Below, in pieces: positions 22,870-32,496 of a DNA stretch of 55,115 nt. A model generated the notes under the pieces. The model did no database searches and had not been told where the DNA came from. It worked only from the letters and a program-made list of their open reading frames with translations. Position 1 is the first letter of the stretch; each line of letters starts with the position of its first letter. The translations under genes and the position numbers were made by a program. The stretch comes from Thraustochytrium aureum (taxonomy: Eukaryota). The DNA is taken from assembly GCA_012862495.1 (NCBI GenBank), contig BLSG01000365.1, positions 1 to 55,115 of the forward strand. Direction: 5' to 3'.

Positions 22870-24500
22870 TCGTATATGTCATGCTCGTCGCGGTGCTGCT
22901 GCCACTTGAACAAATACGCATAGTTGTTGCCTCGCTCAGAGTAGACAGACTCGGAGCGCTCCGACTCGGTATCCGAGGCCTCGTGCAGGCGCACGCGAAT
23001 CTTGGTCCGCACCACGCGAAACAAGATGACCCAAGCATAGACAAGCTGCAACACGACGATGAGCCCCCCCAACTCTATCACATAAGAGCCAAACCTGTAC
23101 GTATTCTTGAGCCACTTTTCTTGCGCGAGCTTGGGCCAAATAAGCCGCACAAGCAGCGGGATCTGCAGCTCGCTCGTCGGCTTGTACTTGATCTTCTTGT
23201 CCGGGTTCTGCAAAACAAACACTACGTGCTCAATGTAGGGCCACATGTCGTCGGCGCCGATCAGCAAAAGCGGAATAATGAAGAACAGGATGATAAACTT
23301 GGGCCGCATGTGAAGGCCCGTGCCCGGAGTGCGGATGTCTGACATCTGCTTGACGGGCTTGCGCTTCTTCCCGCCAACGGGCCGCTTCGGCTGGTTAAGC
23401 CCTGGGAACCGGAACCCAGCGCCCGCCGGGGTCATCAGCTCTGGCGCAGGCTTGAGGCTCACCTTGCGCTTGACAGCCGCACCGAACGTCCGGCCGCTGT
23501 TACTTTTGAGCATCAGCACGCGGCCAGCTGCAGCCGCGGCCGCGGCTTGCGACCTCGACAGGCTCTTCTCCAGCACATTTTGCTTCAGGAAGGCGTCCCC
23601 GGCCTTGCCGCCACGCACAGGCAGTGGGGCGGAGTACTCGAACTTTTTCTGCGACATCGACCCGGATGCCCGCCCGTACACGGCATCGATCTCGTCGCGG
23701 GGACTGCGCCGTCCACCGCTCTTGTTCCTCGTCTTGACAGCTTTGGCTCTGTCTTTGACGACCTCCACGCGGCCCTTGACGCCCTGGATGAGCGACCCGC
23801 GCAAGCCATGGCCCTTCTTCTTACGGCTCCCCGCAAGCACGTCCACTTCGGCTTCCGGCTCGCCGCCCCTCGGCGCCTCGGTGGCCTCCCCGTCCCCGTC
23901 CCCGTCCCCCTTTGACTCTACGAGCTCTATGCTGACCTCCAGCTCGTGGTGGTCGTCTTCGTCGTCGTCGAGCTCGTCCTGGGCGCGCAGCTCCTTGCTG
24001 CTGCGGCCAAAGAGGGGGGCCAGGATGTCTTGAAAGCTGGCAAAGTTGGAGCTTCGCTCCTTTTGAAGCCACGCGCGCAGCTCCTTGGTGCTCATCTCCT
24101 GCTTGCGGAACCCGCCTTGCTTGCCGTCCCAGACCTCGTCGTGCTCTGGTGCGGCGCCCCATTTGCCTTTTCGCGAAAGCCAGGCGTCCTTGCCCTCCGA
24201 GTCGGGAAGCGGGTACACCTCGACCTCACTAACGAACCGCACGTGCTGCCCGCGCTTGTTCTTGATGGAGGTCCGCACCGACAGCTTGCGCGGCAGCCTT
24301 TCCTTGCCGCCCTGCAGCCGGTCTTTCTGGGCGGACACCACTTTGGCCAGCGACGCGGCAGACTCGTTGATATAGTCGAACAGGCTCTCCACCGTGAAGC
24401 TCGTCTCGGAGTGCCGCTTGGCTTCCGCGTCTGCGGCGCCGTTCTTGGTCGCCGCGGCGTCGCCGTTCCGCGCGCCCCCGCGCCCCAGCGCGCTCAGCAT
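22870..24500 (-). CDS. Hypothetical protein with two C-terminal transmembrane segments (3' end in gap)
   Basis: More than 540 open codons from ATG 24500; hydrophobic FIILFFIIPLLLIG and LGGLIVVLQLVYAWVILF. Confidence 0.7.
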
Positions 24501-24637
24501 CTCGCCGCCTCTCTTCCCCGCCCGCCCTCGCACATCCACCGCAGCGCGCGCAACCTCCTCGCACACCTCGCCCAGCTCGCGTCGGCCCCTCCGGCGCTGC
24601 GCTCGCGCGAGCGACCTACGCGGCAGCGGCGCCTTGC

Positions 24638-24678
24638 GCTTCAAGCCGCTTCAAGCCGCTTCAAGCCGCTTCAAGCCA
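24638..24678. repeat. 10-bp tandem repeat GCTTCAAGCC x4
   Basis: Directly visible. Confidence 0.85.
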
Positions 24679-25182
24679 GGCCGCTTCACGCCGCGCCAGA
24701 GCCGAGCGCCGCGACCGTCCTGAGCGCCGCGGCCTCCCGAGCTGCGTTCGCGCGCGTGCGCTCAACACGAACTAGCCAAGCACTCAGCTCCGTGAACGCA
24801 GTACCTCCTCCTCCTGCTCCCGCAGCCCAGCCCCTGCCAGCCCGCGAGCCAGCCAGCCNNNNNNNNNNNNNNNNNNNNNNNNNNNNNNNNNNNNNNNNNN
24901 NNNNNNNNNNNNNNNNNNNNNNNNNNNNNNNNNNNNNNNNNNNNNNNNNNNNNNNNNNNNNNNNNNNNNNNNNNNNNNNNNNNNNNNNNNNNNNNNNNNN
25001 NNNNNNNNNNNNNNNNNNNNNNNNNNNNNNNNNNNNNNNNNNNNNNNNNNNNNNNNNNNNNNNNNNNNNNNNNNNNNNNNNNNNNNNNNNNNNNNNNNNN
25101 NNNNNNNNNNNNNNNNNNNNNNNNNNNNNNNNNNNNNNNNNNNNNNNNNNNNNNNNNNNNNNNNNNNNNNNNNNNNNNNNNN

Positions 25183-27050
25183 TTACACTTGCACTCTCAA
25201 AATCACAGAGTATGGAGGTACGCACCCCTCGCTGGGCTTTGTGTGCGCCCCGCTATTCGGCTGATCCTTCGTAGCTGTCGAAGGCTCGAGGATGGAGCGC
25301 TGGTGCCAATGTGCCAGCCTGAGGCCAGAAGAGCGAGCTCCTTGGTACTAGGCCTGCCGTATGTACTGGTCTGGAGTTGTCTGGTCCTGCACGGTGCAGC
25401 CTGTCGTGGTGCCCGCCCAATCTCCTGCTGAACGAACGATGATCCTGGGTCTCAGCCACGCGAGAGAGGAGTAAGTACTCGACAATGAATCTCAAGGTTC
25501 ATCTTGAGATTTCTTGAAGGGGCTGGCAGATGCGGAGATCGTGCCGGCGGCCCTCGAGTCTTCCAGGGTCACCACCCCGGGAGGCACCGATCCGGCTTGT
25601 CTTCTCGACGCCTCCACCACCAAAAGGAGGCAGGTTCGCATCGTATTGTGGGCGATTCGTGGCCTCCGCTTGGGCAAGCGGCACTTTCGGATCGACGGCC
25701 CTGCCATCCATGTATGAGCAGCTGCCCCTGCTACCGCCAGCCTTGCTCGCGAGTTCGGCGGGTCGCGCCGCTGAAAAGGACAGCACGGCTGCCGCCAGCG
25801 AGACAGCGTTTTGAGTCAACTGCCGGGAAAGCGGGCAGTTTCTCTTGCTTTGGAAGCGGCTCCCGCTTGCTCAGGGTCGAGTTCGGTGACTTTCAGCAGC
25901 CTGCTTTCGCACAAAGACGCCCAAGTCAGGGATGCACTCACTGCCTTCGCAACTGCCCCGTTGCAATTCGCCTGCACCCAGATGACACTGCTACTCAATT
26001 CCAATCTTGATCGCGCCGGCCAGCTCGCGCCGCGCCACTGGACCCAGTTCCAACGATCTCGGTTTGGCTCCTCACTGCCATGCTGCTTCTGTCGTAGGCC
26101 GAGATGTCCCGATTGTGGCTGCCTGTTGCGTTCTGGTCTCCGATTTCCATTCCTTTTCGCCTTCGGCAATTTACCGACCCCTGCCCCGAGGTCACCTTGC
26201 CTTTTTCTATTCTAGAATTGGCGGCGCGGCGCAGTTCGGGGCTTGATCAAGAACAGGCGCGATCTGCCCATCAGTGTCTCCTCTGCATTCGCACAGTCAA
26301 ACAAAGAGAATTTCGTAGACTTGGAGGCTTGGGAGCAGACTTTTCAAGGCCAATGCCGTGGAAGTCAACGGGCCTCCTGGAGGATTGGAGCTCGGCAGCT
26401 GATGGGGAATTCCTGAGATGAATTTCTCTTACCCCTCTCCCTGGAGCGAAGCAGACAGCCCGAACTCGCTCGTCTGGTGGCGACGGCGTGGGCTTTGCGC
26501 AGCTCTGTCGTGCCTACCTGCTCCCTTGCTACGCTACGTTGATGACGTTTATTTTCTTCAACTGGCAACAGCTGGACGGGTGACTCAAATTCACCGAGCC
26601 TTGTTGGTGCCGAGTTGGCCGGCCGCGACTATGATGAGGCTCAAGGGGGGACATCTCATGAGAGGAGTGTCGATTCGGACGAGCTCTGTTCTGATGCTTG
26701 CAACACACACACAGCACAGAGCCTTTTCGCAAGAGTCTAGAGTACCACCTTCCTCTACGTCATGGAGCGGAGCGGAACGCTCTCTTTCAAAGGGCGGCAG
26801 CGATTGTCGTATTTGGTGGAGGACCACGTAGGTCGCCTTTGCTCGACATGGTCGTTCCAAGCCTGGGGTGGAGGGTCACACAGGTCGCCTTTGCTGGACA
26901 TGCTCGTTCAGTCCCCTGGGTGCGTTCAATCGCAACTGCTCTTCGTCTCAATGTTGCGCCCTGTGTTTGAAAGCACCGACATTTCCAAAGTCCTGTGCCG
27001 AAAACGGTGGTTTCGCGCCAAGCTGGACCTTGAAAGAGAGAGAGAGAGAG
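25183..27050 (+). mobile_element. Decayed Penelope-like retroelement, copy 1 (RT pseudogene)
   Basis: Ordered RT motif remnants across frameshifts: F-A-FGNL-P-T-LP (motif A-like, ~26150-26200), NAVEVNG..RQLM/GIPEMNFS (B'-like, GIP at 26406), LRYVDDVYF (YxDD at 26535-26546), STTFLYV (E-like, ~26741-26761), GCVQSQL(L)RL (thumb-like, ~26918-26947). Boundaries are approximate. Confidence 0.62.
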
Positions 27051-27099
27051 CTCGACGAAGGAATCGGTGAGAAACGGTCCTGACCAAACCAATGACTCA

Positions 27100-28900
27100 T
27101 CCAGTAGTCTCTGAGCTTGCGTTCCAGGTTGTGAGGAGCCAACCAAAGGGGCCAAAGGGGAACAAGCGATGAGCAGATGGACAAGGAGGACGCGGACTTC
27201 GCTTGTGAATCTGCAGCATCCACTTTGATGCTCAGGAATGGCGCGATGTTGTCGGTCGCACCCAAAACCGTTGGCTTCATCTCACATGGTGTAGGCCTAT
27301 CTGGGGCGGCGCCGAGCAGAGCGAGACAATTTTTCCTGTTTACAATCGGTCATTCCCTGCGAGGTACAAAACTCTGTGCAAAAATCAGAACAGGGACCAG
27401 AGTGCCCGTGGGAGACAACACAGTTTTCTTCCACCTGCAGCAGTCTCAGAACATCTCCGTCTCGCTGTCCGCAGCAGGCGCGCGAGGTGTTGCGCGCAAG
27501 GTGCTGCGCGCAAGCGTCTCAGGCTTCAAGGCAAACGTACGATCCGACGCAAGCAACACCAGCTCGCACGACAGCAAAGGCGAGCTCGCACGCTTGACGC
27601 CGGGCGATGAGCAATGGCGGATGGCCCGGGGAAGAGGACGGCGCTTGGCAGCCAAGTTGGCCGGGGCGCTTTGAAACGGAGTTGGCAAACGACGAGCGCG
27701 CTCCAAAGCGCTCGAGAGCTTCGTTGAGCAATGGTGAGAGCGGCGCAGACGAAGGAGATGCTGTTGTAGACCAGTTCGAGCTCGACCACGATTGGGGCTT
27801 CCCGCTCGCTGACGTCTCGTTGCCTCAACCGGAAAAAAAATCGACGACGTACAAGGTCAACCCAGTGCACGCGCACCGGCACTCGACAGCAGTGTCGATC
27901 AGCACGAGGCCCTGATGCGAGTCGTTGAGGTGGTGGCGGCTTCTGCGGCTGTATCAGTGTTGAACAGTCTACACTCGACCCGTTTAACCACCGCGTGGTC
28001 GACACAGCGCGCAATCGCGCGCAAGAAAAAGCGACAATCGTCAAACCGCAAAACGCCAAGATCCTTCCTACGCCCGAGCGGTTTTTGAGCTCTGCCATCG
28101 TCACCCTGGTGGTTTGTGCTGGAGCAAGAGTACTGGTTGGCATGCCTTCTGCAGAATGGCCAGGTCCAAAGCACGGCTCGTGCAGCGTAGCGCGTAGCAG
28201 AAACAAGGAATCAGATTTGTCACGGTCAAACGCAGGGGAGCGCCTCGCCTTCCGAACGGCTTGCAGTCGCGTGATAACTAGTTGAGGCCGCAAGCCAACG
28301 TTTGCGGCGTCCCAGATGATGCTGCTGCATGATCCACGCTGCGTAGTTGCTGTGAGAAAAAAAAAGAAGACGCGGCGTCAAAACGTTGAGCGAAATGGCA
28401 CTGCCGAACCGTCGGCAGCACAATCTTGGGCGCCTCGCTGCGCCACTGAGGCTGCACGCTGGAGAGAGTCCAGAGCAGCCCCATGGGAGCAGAAAGCCAG
28501 AGGCGAATCAAAGGCACTGCCAAGATGACGCACTTTTGACGGATGAGGTGCTGACCGAGGCGTTCCTGGGAAACGTGCTCATTATCGCTTGCGTATCGCT
28601 TGCCCCAGACTCCCAAAAATGCCTTTGAAGGGCACGAGCCGCTGGCGAGCGAGCCCGAACAACCAGTGGCTTGAATCACGGAAGGCAGGAGGGCATTGCC
28701 GGAGTGCGTCACATGGGCTGCATGTTTGTCGTTCCTTTTCAGCTTCGCGAAGCCTACCCGCCATACTCGCGCGAGCAAGGTTGATGGTAGCATAGGTGCT
28801 GCATACAGGGACGGCAGGGTCGTCGATCCGGAAGTGGCGGGGGCCGCGGAGCGTAGGGGTCAGCCGCCTTCTCGTTGGTCTTCGATACGACGAGTAAACT
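27100..28900 (-). mobile_element. Decayed Penelope-like retroelement, copy 2, inverted relative to copy 1
   Basis: Reverse-complement nucleotide similarity to copy 1 (28730-28855 vs 25665-25785). Ordered remnants: DRDKSDSLF (~28210), QPQKPPPPQRLASG (~27930), VYNSISFV (~27760), FKA..T.LP..VL (~27655), DVLRLLQVEENCVV (~27435), Y-P-CEM...NIAPFLSIKV (~27296-27221). No intact YxDD. Confidence 0.55.
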
Positions 28901-28921
28901 GCTGTTTGAGTCTTTTTCTTC

Positions 28922-29172
28922 CTTTTGAGGTCGCGCCTCCCGACTTTTAGCGTACTAGCGTAGCGTAGAGAAACATCCCAACTGCATGGAGTGGATTTGG
29001 CGCAGTGAGACGTCCCTGTTGTGTTGCCTGAGCTAGTCATAGGAGGTTCGGCAGCGCCGTTTCTTTCATCTTTTTGAGGTCGCGCTTCCCGTCTTTTGCG
29101 TTGCGTAGGAACACCCTAACACCCCAACCACATGGAGTAGGCCTACATCACCGACCAACCACATGGAGTAGA
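28922..29172. repeat. Imperfect direct repeats (~70 bp x2 plus a partial third)
   Basis: TTTTGAGGTCGCGCYTCCCGWCTTTT...CAACyrCATGGAGT at ~28922 and ~29071; CCAACCACATGGAGTAG occurs again at ~29155. Confidence 0.75.
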
Positions 29173-29643
29173 ATTTTTTTTAAAAAACGATCTGCTTTTT
29201 CTTGAAGCATTCCATCCGCTCTCTCTTTGCGTCGGCTGTCTTTGTCAGCTGCCGACATGCTTGTCTCAACAAGTCCTTTGCGGGAAAAGAAAAGGAATCA
29301 AAGTGAAAGGCATGCACAACGCAACGCAGTAAGAGAATGGAAACGAAACGGGCGAATTGACGAAAAGGCGAGAATTCGGTGGCTCCGCGCTGGTTTTGCC
29401 AGTGCGCAAGCCTGTTGGCGTCGATCCGCAGGGCAACGTGCGCTCGTAAACGAACTCGAAGCTAAATCTTGAACGAGCCGCAACCAGAACGCACCCCAAA
29501 CGCGCCAGAGAACTATCGGATATGCTGCCGACCACNNNNNNNNNNNNNNNNNNNNNNNNNNNNNNNNNNNNNNNNNNNNNNNNNNNNNNNNNNNNNNNNN
29601 NNNNNNNNNNNNNNNNNNNNNNNNNNNNNNNNNNNNNNNNNNN

Positions 29644-29697
29644 GGGCGAGACGCACGGGCGAGACGCACGGGCGAGACGCACGGGCGAGACGCACGC
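29644..29697. repeat. 13-bp tandem repeat GGGCGAGACGCAC, at least 4 copies, abutting N gap
   Basis: Directly visible. Confidence 0.9.
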
Positions 29698-29769
29698 ACA
29701 AGACCAAGCGAGCGTTTGGCTTTCTTCTTCCTTTGGCAATTCGCGTACGTGAGGGGCAGCAGGAGCCGT

Positions 29770-30205
29770 CTAGTATCCCATGTCCTTCATGCGCATCGCC
29801 TCGCGAATGAGGCGGTTTACCTCCTGTTTCTTGATCCGCCGCTCGAGCTCGTTCCGCAAGCGATACTTGCGAGCAGATTTGGTCTCGTGCTGTGCACGAT
29901 GGAAGAGCAGGGTCAGCGCCGGCGCCAACCCGTTGCGCTTCGATATTCCTCGCAAACACCCCCAGCAAACAACTTACGCGAGCCTTCATGTTGTGTGGGT
30001 TCTCGTCCTCCCGGATCGCGCGCATCATCCTGATCCCAGCAGCAACCGCGTTACCCCCTTCTCCGACATGCACCCCCATCGCAATCCGCTTCGTAAACGA
30101 CTTGCTCGCCATCGTCCGCGCTTGGCCCCCCGGCACCGCCTGCGCCACGGCGCTGCAGCGCGCCGCCCACGCAGCTCCTCCACCGCGTGCAAGCAGCCCC
30201 CACAT
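29770..30205 (-). CDS. MRPS21: Mitochondrial ribosomal protein bS21m-like, 2 exons (30205-29978, 29889-29770)
   Basis: Arg/Ala-rich presequence, then VHVGEGGNAVAAGIRMMRAI..MKAR|HETKSARKYRLR (bS21 pattern). GTAAGT...CACAG intron with a CTGAC branch point. Confidence 0.72.
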
Positions 30206-30526
30206 CGCGCCTTCCTCGCACCACGGCGGCGCAGGGCCACAGACCGAGACGCGCGTCCCCTGCCCTCCTGCCTGACCTCCAGCAGCGGCCTTCAAGTGCC
30301 TTCAAGTGCCTGCGCGCCGCTCCGCCTCTGCGACCTCCTCGCCGACCTCCATCCGCGCGTCGCCCAACGCCCCGCGGCACAGAGCGCCGCCGACCGCGCC
30401 TCGCTCGATCCTCTGGCACGGGCAGAAAGGTTCGTTGTTCGCCCGCTGTGCGCGTTCGTGAACCTTCTTCGCGTCTGCGTTTGTTCGTTCTGTTCACTGC
30501 CTGGCGTCGCTCGCTGTTCTCGATCA

Positions 30527-31884
30527 ATGGCCGGTGGCTCGAAAACGGTTAGCGCGTACGCGAAGAGGATGTGCCGCGGGTCCCCGGGCTCTGGCCTGGA
30601 CAGCGCGCGACGCGGCCGAGCAAGCGAGCAGCAGAACAGACCTGGTTTCGCCTGCTGGCTTGTGCTGGTTGCTCGCGAGCTGCAGCGATTGCGCGCGGTT
30701 CGTTCGTGGTTTGAGGGTGCTCGCGCGTTGGCGTCAAGAGAATGTACATGGGGAATCAGAAGACGCCGCTCAGTGTACGTTTGTTGCGCCGGCCGGGGCG
30801 GGGAGGTCGTGGCGCCGCCGGTGGGTTGTTGCCGGGTTGACGAGAGCTCTCGTCAAGTCGCGTCGAGGACGCGACCTGGACCACCTCGAAGGGTGCGTCG
30901 CTGGGCTAGCCGCGCGACTCTGGTCTGGCAGAGCTGGGACGGTGTGCTAACGGGCGCTGCCGCGGCCTGGCGGTACGAAAGGCCTTGGAGAAAAAGGTCC
31001 CACGCAACCCCAAGTATGCCCAAGTGCGCGGAAACCTCGACACGGGCAAGTCGGTGAGCAAGATCAAGGCGATATCGACCAAGGAGTTTCTGAAAAGGCA
31101 AAACGAGCTTTTCGCGCGGATCCGCGCGAGGGAACTGGTCGATCTTTTGGAGCTCGGCCACCTCTCGGTCCGTGAGGAGGACGAGGACGGCGCCGATGGT
31201 GCACGGCTCGCTCAAAAGCCGATCGTGGGCGAGCGGTCGCTGAGCAGCCGCGGCCCCATCGGCGACTACGAAACAGACCGCAACCTTGAGCTTGAGGCGG
31301 CCAAGCTAAAGTGCGACCAGGACCTGAGCCAGAGTGTCTTGGTCCTTGACGTGCGCGAACACGCAGAGTACCAGGTTTGCCACATCAAGACCGCGGTGTC
31401 GTATCCGCTCGTGAATCTGCACCAAGACAGGCTGACACCGTCGATGTACCGGTTCAAAAACAAAGCCGGCAAGGAGATTGTGGTGTACGATGAGGACGAG
31501 CGTCTCGCCGCGCAGGGGGCAACAGCCCTCGTTGAGCGCGGCTTTGATAATGTTCGAATGCTCACGGGCGGCTTGAGGACGTTCGGAAATCTGTGTGGGC
31601 ACCTCCTCGAGGGCGCCCTCCCGGAGCGCCTCGTGCAGCGGCAATGCGTTAGCCCCACCGAGTCAACAGCCACGCGGCGAGAAGAGCGGCGCCGCCGAAG
31701 GAGCGCCGAGATGTCCCCAAGAGACACTGGCGCATCGTATTCGCCAAGTCTCGCTGGTTCAACTGCCTCTTCTGTGGTCTCACGCCGATCCACGTTTTCG
31801 CGGGCTCCGAGGTGGAAGGAAGATCGCAGCTCCGCCCAGCGCCATCGCGAAGTTGTCGCAAAAATGCACCACGAGCCCTCGTAG
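30527..31884 (+). CDS. CEP41: Centrosomal protein 41 (rhodanese-like domain), probable exons 30527-30547 and 30982-31884
   Basis: LEKKVPRNPKYAQVRGNLDTG..ELFARI, VLDVRE..EYQVCHI..A.SYP, FKNKAGKEIVVYDEDE, LVERGFDNVRMLTGGL. Branch point GCTAAC precedes the AG at 30981; the first exon is tentative. Confidence 0.9.
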
Positions 31885-32496
31885 GCGCGGGTACGGGCGA
31901 GCGCCATGCGGNNNNNNNNNNNNNNNNNNNNNNNNNNNNNNNNNNNNNNNNNNNNNNNNNNNNNNNNNNNNNNNNNNNNNNNNNNNNNNNNNNNNNNNNN
32001 NNNNNNNNNNNNNNNNNNNNNNNNNNNNNNNNNNNNNNNNNNNNNNNNNNNNNNNNNNNNNNNNNNNNNNNNNNNNNNNNNNNNNNNNNNNNNNNNNNNN
32101 NNNNNNNNNNNNNNNNNNNNNNNNNNNNNNNNNNNNNNNNNNNNAAAAAAAACATGAAAAAAAACCATGAAAGCTGCACGATCAGCCCTGGTCCTGTTGC
32201 CGACACGAGGTGAAGACTAGCTAGCAGCGTCCACTTTGCCGAGCCGCACTTGGGGCCTCGTTGTAGCCGCCATTGCAAAAGTCCGGCTGCTACAAGCGCC
32301 AACCTGCAAGGAAGGGAAACCGAATTCGACACACTCAAGGAACAAATGCAGATGGTGTATGGTACTTACTCTACTACGAAGTAGGCTCGACCTGTGCCGC
32401 TCGTGCGCAGCGGCCAGTCGCTGGGTCAAAGCAGGAAATACCTCAGTTCTCTCACACAAACCAAACACGCGATCAAATTGAATCAGGCCAGGGCGA

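Noticed and set aside
21394..24644. Very long ORFs bridging N gaps (509 aa, 1037 aa and similar elsewhere)
   Set aside because: Artefacts of translating through N-runs; the flanks belong to different genes on opposite strands.
26406..26546. YVDD-containing segment as telomerase RT or an intact cellular RT gene
   Set aside because: No long ORF, multiple stops and frameshifts, no TERT T-motif seen, and a second inverted homologue is present; a decayed retroelement fits better.
26631..26694. ATGATGA...CTGA spaced like a C/D snoRNA
   Set aside because: No terminal stem or recognisable rRNA guide, and it lies inside the RT relic.
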